From Escherichia phage vB_EcoM_H12, in sequence record PP952733.1: a stretch of DNA of 64,000 bases. One strand, written 5' to 3'. Positions within the stretch are counted from its first letter, which is position 1; each line of letters starts with the position of its first letter. The translations under genes were made by a program, and so were the position numbers. The notes beneath the pieces were generated by a model, which worked only from the letters and a program-made list of their open reading frames with translations, was not told the DNA's origin and ran no database searches. Below are positions 34,916-44,620 of the stretch, in pieces.

Positions 34916-35646
34916 AAAACTGGAACCTTCGTTGTGGAAACACTCAAAAGCAACCTTACAGTAATGAGTATTGGGAATCTTTAAAATCTCAATCTCTGTG
35001 TATGCTTGAAGAAGCAAAAGAGCTTGTAAAAGCAATTGAAGAGAAAGACCCCATTGAGACACTGGATGCTCAGGCAGATTTACAATATGTTCTTGACGGT
35101 TTGATTTACCTGTCACAACATGACCATAACGGTGCTATGGAAGCTGTTTGCCATAATAATGACCTGAAGTACACAGACAACTATGAAGAAGCTTTAAAAC
35201 GTCTTGCAGACATTGAAAAGCGTACTGGTCAAGAATGTATCATCAGAATGTCAGTAGTTGATGGTAAAGAGTGGTATGCAATTGTTCGTGCAGCAGATGG
35301 GAAGATTATGAAGCAATCTAATCTCCCTAAAGTGCAGCTTGGTGAATACATTGTAGAACTTGAAAGCCAAGAACTTTTTGTGGTAGTATCTGAGACATGC
35401 GTTATCTGCAAAGGTATTGTATGTAGCTTAAAGGATTTGGGTGTAGATGGTTTTGTAGAAGTTAATCCAATTACCTCTAAAGCAGATAAAGATTTCTGTA
35501 AAGAGAATGGACTATGGATTGCAGATATTGTCTACTATGATGGTGAGCAGTTCCATGTAACCTCATACCCGAAACTGAATTATGATGCTAATAACCTGAA
35601 GTGCTGGTTAAAAGGGGTTGGTTATAATGGATTCACAGAACATTAA
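34891..35646 (+). CDS. hypothetical protein, possibly MazG-like nucleotide pyrophosphohydrolase
   Basis: EE..E..DxL-like helical segment (LEEAKELVKAIEE ... DLQYVLDGL); weak. Confidence 0.35.
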   Translation: MFNSRESVKNWNLRCGNTQKQPYSNEYWESLKSQSLCMLEEAKELVKAIEEKDPIETLDAQADLQYVLDGLIYLSQHDHNGAMEAVCHNNDLKYTDNYEEALKRLADIEKRTGQECIIRMSVVDGKEWYAIVRAADGKIMKQSNLPKVQLGEYIVELESQELFVVVSETCVICKGIVCSLKDLGVDGFVEVNPITSKADKDFCKENGLWIADIVYYDGEQFHVTSYPKLNYDANNLKCWLKGVGYNGFTEH

Positions 35647-35950
35647 TAAAGAAGGTGTGGCTCAGAAGAGCCACTTCTCAAACTACAATATTTCTATGAC
35701 GGTGTTTATGAATGACCCGTTACTTGAGAAGTATGGTGAGACTCCAGATACACTTCTGGATAATGAACAAGTTTTAAAAGCAGTCCTGTACAAATACGGG
35801 ATTGATATTGAGAAAGAGTATTCTTTTGAAATCTGTCAACACAGGAATACTTTTGGTAAAGTTGTAATGGCTCCACTCTTCATGGGTGTAGAAAGAACTG
35901 ACTATGGTTGGTTATATCTAAAAAGAAACTTGGAGAAATACCGTGTCTAA
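35618..35950 (+). CDS. hypothetical protein
   Basis: 110 aa ORF. Confidence 0.3.
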   Translation: MVIMDSQNINKEGVAQKSHFSNYNISMTVFMNDPLLEKYGETPDTLLDNEQVLKAVLYKYGIDIEKEYSFEICQHRNTFGKVVMAPLFMGVERTDYGWLYLKRNLEKYRV

Positions 35951-36275
35951 AGCAAAAAAGTTATCTTATGATGACATTATCTCAGGTGCTAAATTAGGTG
36001 TTGATAGTATCGGACAAGATGTTAAGCACGGAGACACAGTTATGTACTGTGACGACCGAAGAGGCAGAAGTGCAATCTTGTTTGGAAGAGTTGTTTGCAA
36101 GATGCGAGGTAATTACGTTGTTGAAGACATGAATGTGGATGTCACAAAACAGCTTGAAATAATTATGAATAGTAATATATCATGGTTCGTCAATTGTATG
36201 CACACTTCGTCAGTCACAAAGGTAAGTGATAAGTTTTACGATATGTGGCAGAATGAGCAAATTTTCAAGATTTAA
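35943..36275 (+). CDS. hypothetical protein
   Basis: 110 aa ORF, GTG start in track. Confidence 0.3.
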   Translation: MSKAKKLSYDDIISGAKLGVDSIGQDVKHGDTVMYCDDRRGRSAILFGRVVCKMRGNYVVEDMNVDVTKQLEIIMNSNISWFVNCMHTSSVTKVSDKFYDMWQNEQIFKI

Positions 36276-36281
36276 ACTAGG

Positions 36282-36305
36282 GAGCCTCTTCGGAGGCTCT
36301 TCTCA
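36282..36305 (+). terminator. hairpin GAGCCTC-TTCG-GAGGCTC with weak U-tract
   Basis: Perfect 7 bp stem, TTCG tetraloop. Confidence 0.4.
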
Positions 36306-36321
36306 TCTGTAGGATTCAAAA

Positions 36322-38556
36322 ATGATTAAGACAATTAAAAAATCAAACGGTACAGTAGTAAGCTTTGACCCAGAAAGACTGAATAAGTGGGCATCATGGG
36401 CAGATAAGCGTGGAATTATCTGGTCAGAAGTCACTATGGAAGCCATGAAGCGTGTCTATGAGGGTTGCACTACAAAAGAGATGCACCAAGCCATGATTGA
36501 TGTTTGTGTTGATAAACAAACTCAAGAGTACTCAGATATGGCTGGACGGCTACTTCTGGGGATTATCTACAAAGAAGCCTTTGGAGGCTTTACTAAGGTT
36601 CCTACGCTGGTTACCTTCGTTAAAAATATGGAGAGAGCAGGACTTTGGGAGAAGATGGACTATTCTCAGGAAGAGCTTGAATATCTGCAAGGATACATTG
36701 TGCACTCAAAAGATATCTCTTACGGCTATGCAGTGTTGAAACAGTTCAGAGATAAATATGGTATCCGTGATATTAAAACGGGAAGACTTTTTGAGTCACC
36801 ACAATTTATGTTTATGGGTATGGCTATGAAAGCCTTTGAGAAGCAACCAAAGCACCGTAGACTGCAAGATGTTATTAAGCTGTACACTTACCTATCTGAC
36901 CTGAAGATTAATGCTCCTACACCTTATCTGAATGGTTTACGTGCTACTAAGTCAGGTTATGCGTCATGCTGTTTGATTAAGGCAAATGATACTGCTGAGT
37001 CTCTTGGTATTGCTGCAAAGGTTGCTTATAATATGACCACAAAGCAAGCTGGTATTGGTATGCTGATGGAGACACGTACTATTGGTGATGGTATCCGTCA
37101 AAATACGATTGAGCACATGGGTAAACTACCTTATTACAAGCTTGTACGTTCATCTGTAGAGGCAAACAAACAGAAGAGTCGTGGCGGTTCAGCTAATAAC
37201 TTCTACACTGCTCTAGACCCGCAGATTGAAGATTTACTGCGTTTGAAGCACCCTACAACGGTTCCTTCTAAACGTATTAATGAGATGGACTATTCATTCG
37301 GCACAAACGATTATTTCTGGCAGTGTGTTCAGTATGATACAGATTGGTTGCTATTCTCTTACAAAGATGCACCAAAACTCTATGACATGTTCTACACAGC
37401 ATCTGCTGATGAGTTTGCTATGGCAGTTGGTCATGCAGTACATTCAGGTGTTAAGCACAGACGAGTCAAGGCTCGTGAAATTGCTAAGCTGTTTATTCAA
37501 CAGCGTTATGCTACAGGTCGTGTGTATCCATTCTTCACTAACAATGCAAACACACATACACCATTTAAAGAACCATTGAAGATGTCAAATCTTTGTATGG
37601 AAATTGTATTGCCAGTGTATGGTTTTGAGAAAGAGACAGACCTTTACAGAGACGATGCTGTGAAAGAGGATGGTGAGGTGGCTCTTTGCTTCCTAGCTAG
37701 TTTGGTTGCAGGGAGAATTTCAGAAGATGAATACGCTGACGTTGCTTATTATGCTCTTGCAATGGTTGACTCCGTTATTGACCTTATGGATTATCCGTAT
37801 CCGTCGATGCGTAACCATGTTCAGAAGCGTCGTTCTGTTGGGATTGGCCTTACAAATGTGGCTCATTACCTTGCGAAGAACTACGTGAACTATTCTTCAA
37901 GAGCAGGTAAGACGAAGCTTCATGAGCTTGCTGAAATGCACTCTTACTACTTACACGAAGCTTCTTTGAGACTTGCTAAAGAGCGTGGTGTTCCAGAGTA
38001 CATGAAGTTCACTAAGTATCCTGAAGGATGGGTTCCTCCAAAAACAGCTAACAAGAAGATTGATGAAAAGCATGACGCAAAACTACGATATGATTGGGAT
38101 GACTTAGCACAGCGTATCAAAGAAAATGGTGGAATCCGAAACTCTGTATTAGAAGCTTACATGCCTAATGAGAGTTCTTCACTAGCAACTAATACGACAA
38201 ATGGCTTGTACCCAATTCGTGACTTTATTTTAACTAAAAAGTCTGCAACTGGTAACGTGCTGTTTATTGTTCCAGATTATGAAGAGTTGAAGTATGTCTA
38301 TGAAATTGCTTGGGGTATTGACACCTTTGACCTGATTGATTGTTATGCAATTGTTCAAAAGTTCACTGGTCAAGCTATCTCTTCAGATTTCTATGTTGAC
38401 TACGCAAAAGCTAAGAAGGTATCATTGGCTCAAGCTTTGAAATACATGATTTATGCTAACTCAGTAGGTATGAAAACCATGTACTACCTTAACAGTCGCA
38501 TTGGTGTAGGTAAATCTGCACTACAAGATGCTTATTGCGAGGGTTGTGGTGTTTAG
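36322..38556 (+). CDS. nrdA: ribonucleoside-diphosphate reductase alpha subunit (class I)
   Basis: 744 aa; NLCMEIVLP active-site motif; paired with NrdB. Confidence 0.9.
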   Translation: MIKTIKKSNGTVVSFDPERLNKWASWADKRGIIWSEVTMEAMKRVYEGCTTKEMHQAMIDVCVDKQTQEYSDMAGRLLLGIIYKEAFGGFTKVPTLVTFVKNMERAGLWEKMDYSQEELEYLQGYIVHSKDISYGYAVLKQFRDKYGIRDIKTGRLFESPQFMFMGMAMKAFEKQPKHRRLQDVIKLYTYLSDLKINAPTPYLNGLRATKSGYASCCLIKANDTAESLGIAAKVAYNMTTKQAGIGMLMETRTIGDGIRQNTIEHMGKLPYYKLVRSSVEANKQKSRGGSANNFYTALDPQIEDLLRLKHPTTVPSKRINEMDYSFGTNDYFWQCVQYDTDWLLFSYKDAPKLYDMFYTASADEFAMAVGHAVHSGVKHRRVKAREIAKLFIQQRYATGRVYPFFTNNANTHTPFKEPLKMSNLCMEIVLPVYGFEKETDLYRDDAVKEDGEVALCFLASLVAGRISEDEYADVAYYALAMVDSVIDLMDYPYPSMRNHVQKRRSVGIGLTNVAHYLAKNYVNYSSRAGKTKLHELAEMHSYYLHEASLRLAKERGVPEYMKFTKYPEGWVPPKTANKKIDEKHDAKLRYDWDDLAQRIKENGGIRNSVLEAYMPNESSSLATNTTNGLYPIRDFILTKKSATGNVLFIVPDYEELKYVYEIAWGIDTFDLIDCYAIVQKFTGQAISSDFYVDYAKAKKVSLAQALKYMIYANSVGMKTMYYLNSRIGVGKSALQDAYCEGCGV

Positions 38557-38887
38557 TTTTAACAACTATGAGGGTCGTAAAAGACCCTCTAAAAATAACT
38601 TTGGAGAGACCATGTTAGAACTTATTAAAGCTGCAAGATTGAGAAGTAAAGATAGCTCATTGTATTTGTATTATGCGCCAAGAAAATCACTGTACTATAT
38701 TGCAGATTTAGATTTAAAAGTTAAAATGCCAGATGGCTCTTGGAAAGAGCATATACGTTACACTGACTGTTTCAATCCTAAACAGACATATGCAAGGCCA
38801 CTTGACATGTTTAAAACCGAACGCTGGGTTGTAATGACAACACCTGAAGCCAGAGAATTTCTTAATACAGGAAGATTACCAGAATGA
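38528..38887 (+). CDS. hypothetical small protein between nrdA and nrdB
   Basis: Overlaps nrdA end; likely starts at the internal ATG near 38609. Confidence 0.25.
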   Translation: MLIARVVVFSFNNYEGRKRPSKNNFGETMLELIKAARLRSKDSSLYLYYAPRKSLYYIADLDLKVKMPDGSWKEHIRYTDCFNPKQTYARPLDMFKTERWVVMTTPEAREFLNTGRLPE

Positions 38888-39957
38888 TTAACCAACACCC
38901 AATCTTTTTAGGTGGTGAGAGAAAAACTTTTGACTCACTTAACAAGCACTACCCAAAAATCTTTGAACTTTATAAACAACAAAAAGCACAAGACTGGTCA
39001 GAAGATGAGTTCCCTTTTGAACAATCCCGTCTTGATTTTGAGAGTGTCCCAGCATCAATGTCAGGTGTAATGCTTGAGATTCTTAAGTGGCAGTGGGAAG
39101 CAGACACTCAAGTTGCTAAGAGCTTGGCATTTGCCTTTGCACCCTTTATCTCTGATGACATCTATGCAACTGCAATTATGAAGCAGTCTGAGATTGAAAA
39201 CCTACATGCTCTTACTTACTCAGAGATTGTAAGACAATGTATTAAAAACCCTGAAACAATCTTAGATGAGATTAACCAGAATGTTGCTGTGCAAGACCGA
39301 TTAAAAACTGTGAATCGTGTTCTTGAAGAATTATTGGATGAAGGGATAAACTACCGACTGAGTTATGTCCGTGATTCACTTCTGGACAAAGACCCTTTAC
39401 ACTTCCATAAAGTGATTCTAAAAGGTCTATTTGCAGTGACTGCACTTGAAGGTATATCTTTTATGGCATCCTTTGCATGTACTTTTGCACTTGATGCTCA
39501 AGATAAATTTCAGGGTATTGCTCAAGCTGTCCAGAAAATTATGCTTGATGAAATCCTTCACACTAAAATTGATATTGAAGTTTTAAAAGAAACTTTAAGA
39601 GATGATGAGTGGCAAAAAGCTTTCCAACAAATTCTTCCAGAGATTAAAGTAATCTTAGATGAAGTAGTTGAAAGTGAAGAAAAATGGTCGTATTATATCT
39701 TCTCCGAAGGACGTGCTGTAGTTGGTTTAAATACAAAGCTTCTTCATGAGTGGGTTTACTATAATGCTGCCCCACTGTATGATATGTTTGGCATTCCCAG
39801 AGATTTTGTAGCTCCTAAAGAACCACCTTTGAAGTATATGATTAAGAAGATGGAAATTGATAAAGAGCAGAATGCTAATCAGGAGCAACAGAACGGTGCG
39901 TACCTGTTGAATACTGTTGTAGATGATTTGAATAGTGGATTTTTAGAGGTTCCTTAA
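38884..39957 (+). CDS. nrdB: ribonucleoside-diphosphate reductase beta subunit (class I)
   Basis: 357 aa helical protein immediately after nrdA. Confidence 0.85.
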   Translation: MINQHPIFLGGERKTFDSLNKHYPKIFELYKQQKAQDWSEDEFPFEQSRLDFESVPASMSGVMLEILKWQWEADTQVAKSLAFAFAPFISDDIYATAIMKQSEIENLHALTYSEIVRQCIKNPETILDEINQNVAVQDRLKTVNRVLEELLDEGINYRLSYVRDSLLDKDPLHFHKVILKGLFAVTALEGISFMASFACTFALDAQDKFQGIAQAVQKIMLDEILHTKIDIEVLKETLRDDEWQKAFQQILPEIKVILDEVVESEEKWSYYIFSEGRAVVGLNTKLLHEWVYYNAAPLYDMFGIPRDFVAPKEPPLKYMIKKMEIDKEQNANQEQQNGAYLLNTVVDDLNSGFLEVP

Positions 39958-40199
39958 TGACTTATGTGATTTACTCCAAAACTGGATGCCCTCAGTGTGA
40001 GACTGCAAAGAATTTTGCAAAAGCTCGTGGTATTGACCATGTTGTGAGAATGTTAGGGCAGGATTATGAACTGTCAGACCTGATGGATATTGCACAGATG
40101 CCAGTTCGTCAGATGCCATTCATCATGAAAACTGATGGACAAAGCCTAAAGCCTGTTGGGACGCTACAGAATTTTATGGCAGAGGTGAATAATGCTTAA
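39957..40199 (+). CDS. glutaredoxin-like redoxin
   Basis: 80 aa; CPQC active site 10 residues from N-terminus; adjacent to nrdB. Confidence 0.6.
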   Translation: MTYVIYSKTGCPQCETAKNFAKARGIDHVVRMLGQDYELSDLMDIAQMPVRQMPFIMKTDGQSLKPVGTLQNFMAEVNNA

Positions 40200-40398
40200 A
40201 CGCATTTGGGAAGGTTTGGTTGTTGATGCACCAGCTATTGTGATTGGTATGCTGATTGTTAACCTATTTACTGATTTTGAACAAGGTTCATTGTTTGGGG
40301 CCATGTTACTATGGGTTATCTTTGAAATATTAGAGATACAGCTAGGCATCACTGAAAAACTGAGAAAACTCGTTTCTAAGTTTTCTAAAAAGATTTAA
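40192..40398 (+). CDS. small membrane protein
   Basis: 68 aa with two hydrophobic helices. Confidence 0.3.
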   Translation: MLKRIWEGLVVDAPAIVIGMLIVNLFTDFEQGSLFGAMLLWVIFEILEIQLGITEKLRKLVSKFSKKI

Positions 40399-40406
40399 AA
40401 TGAAAG

Positions 40407-40427
40407 GGTCTCTTCGGAGACCTTTTT
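40407..40427 (+). terminator. intrinsic terminator
   Basis: GGTCTC-TTCG-GAGACC then TTTTT. Confidence 0.6.
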
Positions 40428-40446
40428 AGCATGTAAAGGGGCAATA

Positions 40447-42591
40447 ATGAACAAAGTACAGATTATTAAAAAGAATGGCTCACTTGAAGAACCTGATATC
40501 AAAAAAGTTTTAGCGGCAGTAACAAAGTCAGCTAACAGGGTTGGGTATAAAGAACTGCCACCAGATGTTACCCAAGCTCTTGAGTCAGCATTTATGAGGA
40601 TTCTGGTAAAGTCCACTAAGCAGAATAATTTGCTCATTTCAGTAAATGATATTCACAGTATTGTTGAGGGTGCTTTGGCAGAAGTTAATCACGAGATTTA
40701 CGAGTCTTACTCAACATACAGAAATTACCGTAAAGAGGTTGCTCAAAATTGGGATGAACTCTACCAGAAGACTAAAGATACCCTCTTCTTAGGTGACCGT
40801 GAAAATGCTAACTTTGACAGCAGTTTAATTTCTACGAAAGGTTCAATTATCCGTGGTTACCTGACTAAAGAAATCTTTAAACAGTATCATCTAACACCAG
40901 AGGAACTTGAAGCCATTGAGAAAGGCTTTATCTATATCCACGATTTGAGAGACCTGATTTTTGGTGGTATTAACTGTTGCCTGTTTGACATTGGTAAAGT
41001 ACTAAAAGGTGGCTTTGAAATGTCCGGCATTGAGTACTGTGAACCTAAATCTGTACTGTCAGCGTTGCAGGTTATTGGTGACGTAGTACTTTCAGCAACT
41101 GCACAGCAATTTGGTGGTTTTACTTTAGCAGAGATTGATAAGGTACTTGTACCGTATGCTAAGAAGTCTCTACGCTATCATGCTGAGAAAGCATCATCTT
41201 ATGGTATTCCTAAAGAGCATTACCACAATTATGTAATGGAGCAGTTACAAATTGAACTGACTCAAGGTTTTCAGTCACTTGAGATGAAACTAAATACCGT
41301 ACCTTGTAGCCGTGGTGATTTTGCATTCACAACTTTAACATTTGGTTTACTTGACTCAGATATGTCTAATGAGGATAATCGACTACAATACATGATTGCA
41401 AGTACTCTCCTAGATGTTCGTATGAATGGACAAGGCAAGAGCAAAAAACCTGTTGTATTCCCTAAACTGGTTTATATTTATGACCAGAAGAGACATGATG
41501 AAAATATCTGTCAAGGTCACCTGTACAGTAAAGCCATCGAGTGTTGCTCTAAAACAATGTACCCAGATTTCTTAAGTGTGTCTGGTCATGGTGCTGTAGC
41601 AGAGGCTTTTGAGCGTTCTGGTAAGGTAATTTCACCGATGGGTTGCAGAGCCTTTTTATCTCCATATCTTAATGAGGGTGGAGAAGAGTTCTACGTTGGT
41701 CGTGCTAACATTGGTGCTGTATCTTTGAACTTACCAATGATTTACCAGTATTCTAAAGAGAATGGTTTAGATTTCTGGAAAGAGCTTGATAAGTACCTAG
41801 AGATGATTCGTAGTTTCCATAAGAAACGCTACGAAATGATTGCTAACATGCCAGCAAGTTCTAACCCTCTGGCATTCACACAAGGTGGTCTGTACAAAGG
41901 GACTAAGAAACCTACTGACAAGGTTGGTTGGGATATCGTGAAGTCCTTCACAGCTTCTTTTGGGGTTACTGCGCTTGATGAACTATCTGTTCTTGCTGAA
42001 GGTAAACGGCTTCATGAAGTTGGAAGTTCTAGTTTTGCATACGATGTTCTGGCATACATTAACATGAAAACTGAAGAGTTTAAGAATGAAGATGGCTTCC
42101 TGTATGCAGTATATGGCACTCCAGCAGAGTCATTGTGTGGAACTCAGCTAAAACAGTTCAGAGATATGTTTGGCGTTATCAAAGGCGTTTCTGATAAGGA
42201 ATATTTTACAAACAGTTTCCATATGAATGTTGCAGCAGATATCTCACCATTTGAGAAGCAGGACTTAGAAGAGCCATACTTCCATATCTGTAGAGGCGGT
42301 AGAATCCAGTATGTAAGAGTAGCTAACCCAGAAAACTTATCAGCACTTAAAAGTTGTATTACCAGAGGTATGTTGAAAGGTTTCTATCAGGGGCTTAACT
42401 TTGACTTAGCAATCTGTGAACATTGTGGTAACAGACCAAAGGCTGATGTTGAAGAATGTGAGGTTTGCCATTCACATGATATCTCTGTGATTAACAGGGT
42501 GTGTGGGTATCTTGGATGGACTAAGATTAAAGGTGAATCCCGAATGAACGATGCAAAAATCGCTGAGATTCGTGATAGAGTCTCTATGTAA
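40447..42591 (+). CDS. nrdD: anaerobic ribonucleoside-triphosphate reductase (class III)
   Basis: 714 aa; C-terminal Cys4 zinc ribbon and glycine-radical motif RVCGYLG. Confidence 0.9.
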   Translation: MNKVQIIKKNGSLEEPDIKKVLAAVTKSANRVGYKELPPDVTQALESAFMRILVKSTKQNNLLISVNDIHSIVEGALAEVNHEIYESYSTYRNYRKEVAQNWDELYQKTKDTLFLGDRENANFDSSLISTKGSIIRGYLTKEIFKQYHLTPEELEAIEKGFIYIHDLRDLIFGGINCCLFDIGKVLKGGFEMSGIEYCEPKSVLSALQVIGDVVLSATAQQFGGFTLAEIDKVLVPYAKKSLRYHAEKASSYGIPKEHYHNYVMEQLQIELTQGFQSLEMKLNTVPCSRGDFAFTTLTFGLLDSDMSNEDNRLQYMIASTLLDVRMNGQGKSKKPVVFPKLVYIYDQKRHDENICQGHLYSKAIECCSKTMYPDFLSVSGHGAVAEAFERSGKVISPMGCRAFLSPYLNEGGEEFYVGRANIGAVSLNLPMIYQYSKENGLDFWKELDKYLEMIRSFHKKRYEMIANMPASSNPLAFTQGGLYKGTKKPTDKVGWDIVKSFTASFGVTALDELSVLAEGKRLHEVGSSSFAYDVLAYINMKTEEFKNEDGFLYAVYGTPAESLCGTQLKQFRDMFGVIKGVSDKEYFTNSFHMNVAADISPFEKQDLEEPYFHICRGGRIQYVRVANPENLSALKSCITRGMLKGFYQGLNFDLAICEHCGNRPKADVEECEVCHSHDISVINRVCGYLGWTKIKGESRMNDAKIAEIRDRVSM

Positions 42592-42601
42592 AACTTGACA
42601 A

Positions 42602-42639
42602 GGTGATGTGGGTCTTGATAGGCTTACATCACCTTTTTT
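42602..42639 (+). terminator. probable intrinsic terminator after nrdD
   Basis: GGTGATGT ... ACATCACC stem then TTTTTT. Confidence 0.45.
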
Positions 42640-42745
42640 ATTGGATGTTAGATATGACAGATAGTATTATTGGGTTGTTCATAGGTTCTGTCTTACTAGG
42701 GTTCTTTTTAGGACTCTCTTATTGTGAATTGAGAGATAAGTTAAA

Positions 42746-42946
42746 ATGTTTAAGATATCAAAAGCGTTGATATACATACTCCACATTCTAATCTTCTTCT
42801 TTGGTGTTAGCGTTATGGTATGGGGTTTTTCAGACCCACAATGGAGTTTCTCATATCATGGTCAGATGGATTTATGGCCATGCTTCAAACCATTTTTAGG
42901 ATTAGCTATAGCATTCAGTACATTACCAACTAAGGTGAAATTATGA
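42746..42946 (+). CDS. small membrane protein
   Basis: 66 aa; two hydrophobic segments. Confidence 0.3.
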   Translation: MFKISKALIYILHILIFFFGVSVMVWGFSDPQWSFSYHGQMDLWPCFKPFLGLAIAFSTLPTKVKL

Positions 42947-43338
42947 TTAAGTTAAGCCAAAAACAGTTAGAGTGGATTAAAGATTATGCCTCAGAGTGTG
43001 GCTCTTGTGAAAAGAATCACGTAAGATACTCAACATTCCACACGGTCTTCACATTGTATATTGGCGACAATGTTCTAAGTGATTCTGTAGAAGATGGTGT
43101 AGCATTGCCTAATGAATTGCTTGACAAATTAGCTGTAGTCACTGGAACTTGGTCTGAAGAAGACGGTCATGAACTATCTAACGATGTTGTCTTCTACAGT
43201 CTTGAAAACATTATGAATCCAGAGTACATTATGCTAATGACTTGCGCACAAGATTGTGTACCATTACAAAACTTCATTAAAGAGCACTGTGAGGAATTTA
43301 TTACTAAACAGGTTCCTTGTCAGGTGGTGTTTGAATGA
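42943..43338 (+). CDS. hypothetical Cys-rich protein
   Basis: 131 aa ORF. Confidence 0.35.
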   Translation: MIKLSQKQLEWIKDYASECGSCEKNHVRYSTFHTVFTLYIGDNVLSDSVEDGVALPNELLDKLAVVTGTWSEEDGHELSNDVVFYSLENIMNPEYIMLMTCAQDCVPLQNFIKEHCEEFITKQVPCQVVFE

Positions 43339-43397
43339 GTAAAACAATTCGAAGAAAAGGTTTAAAGAGCGTTTATATTTATTGGTGAGGTAACTAG

Positions 43398-43883
43398 ATG
43401 AATTACATGAAGATTAGACCATTTGACACAGCTAATGGTGAAGGGGTTCGTGTAAGCCTCTTCGTAGCTGGTTGTAAGCATCACTGTGAAGGATGCTTTA
43501 ATAAGGAATCTTGGAAGTTTAATGCTGGTAAAGAGTTCACTTATGCAAACCTTTATGGCATCATTAAGTTAATGGATGATAATGCCATCAGTGGGCTGTC
43601 AATACTTGGTGGAGAACCTCTGGATGATAGAAACATTCAAGAGGTTACCAACATATGCAAACGTATTAAAACCATTTACCCAGAAAAATCTATCTGGCTC
43701 TGGACAGGTTTTCAGTTACATGAAAAAATTCACCTTGATGTGATGAAATATGTTGACGTGGTGATTGATGGTAAGTATGATTCATCTAAACCAACAGTTA
43801 AACCATATCGTGGTTCTGATAACCAAAACCTCTGGAGAAAAGAGTACGGATGGCAAGGTGATTGTCAGTGGAGAGCAGAGTGA
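43398..43883 (+). CDS. nrdG: anaerobic RNR activating enzyme (radical SAM)
   Basis: 161 aa; N-terminal CKHHCEGC (Cx3Cx2C) cluster; follows nrdD. Confidence 0.85.
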   Translation: MNYMKIRPFDTANGEGVRVSLFVAGCKHHCEGCFNKESWKFNAGKEFTYANLYGIIKLMDDNAISGLSILGGEPLDDRNIQEVTNICKRIKTIYPEKSIWLWTGFQLHEKIHLDVMKYVDVVIDGKYDSSKPTVKPYRGSDNQNLWRKEYGWQGDCQWRAE

Positions 43884-43979
43884 TTATTCTGGCAAATGGA
43901 CTAAGGTATAACTCCAATTGGTATCACTGAAGAAGAACTTCATAAATTATGTATTAAACTTTAATGAGAGAGACTAAAA

Positions 43980-44246
43980 ATGGGAATTTTAGGTAATATG
44001 AAAGCTGGATTCTTGAAGGCACTGGCAAAAGCAGCAGCAATTGTTTCTATGACTGGAAAGCAGGTCGGTGTAGATGCTTCAGCGGTTGCACAGGTTCTTA
44101 CAAGCCAAATTGAACAGCAGCCTTACATCTACGTAGGACGTGGTAAAGGTGGTAAGAAACAAGCCCACCGCCAATCTGGTGCAGCAGCTATTAAACGAGC
44201 AGCTAAGAAAGCTCGTAACCGTAAACGCAATAAGAAGGCTAAATAA
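43980..44246 (+). CDS. small protein with highly basic C-terminal tail
   Basis: KRAAKKARNRKRNKKAK terminus. Confidence 0.35.
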   Translation: MGILGNMKAGFLKALAKAAAIVSMTGKQVGVDASAVAQVLTSQIEQQPYIYVGRGKGGKKQAHRQSGAAAIKRAAKKARNRKRNKKAK

Positions 44247-44248
44247 TC

Positions 44249-44569
44249 ATGAGCAAAGTTTATAACACTCGTAAATTACAAATTTTCTTACTGTGCCAGT
44301 TTATGGCTAGAGAGCATAACTCCTACTATTGTGGTACAGGATTCATTAGTGATAATGATGGCTCATATCTCCCATTCAAAGAGGCTGTAAAACTCTTCAA
44401 TGAAGAGAAAAGCTCTGAGAAAGATATTGAAAAGGTTAAATTAACCTATAGTAAGAAAGATAAGAAGATTATCTGCCTAGATAACTTTGTGAAAGTTACC
44501 AAAGAAACTAGAGAGTTAATGGAAGAAAGTGAAATTCCATTCACAAGAATCTTGAAAGTAGCTCAGTAA
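44249..44569 (+). CDS. hypothetical protein
   Basis: 106 aa ORF. Confidence 0.3.
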   Translation: MSKVYNTRKLQIFLLCQFMAREHNSYYCGTGFISDNDGSYLPFKEAVKLFNEEKSSEKDIEKVKLTYSKKDKKIICLDNFVKVTKETRELMEESEIPFTRILKVAQ

Positions 44570-44582
44570 GCAGATACTATAA

Positions 44583-44607
44583 GGGAACTGTAAAGGTTCC
44601 CTTTTTA
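44583..44607 (+). terminator. intrinsic terminator
   Basis: GGGAAC-TGTAAAG-GTTCCC then TTTTT. Confidence 0.6.
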
Positions 44608-44620
44608 TTTTGGAGATAAT

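Noticed and set aside
36322-42591. Group I intron or intein interrupting nrdA, nrdB or nrdD
   Set aside because: Each gene is one uninterrupted ORF of normal length with motifs in the expected order; only a small free-standing ORF (38528-38887) lies between nrdA and nrdB.
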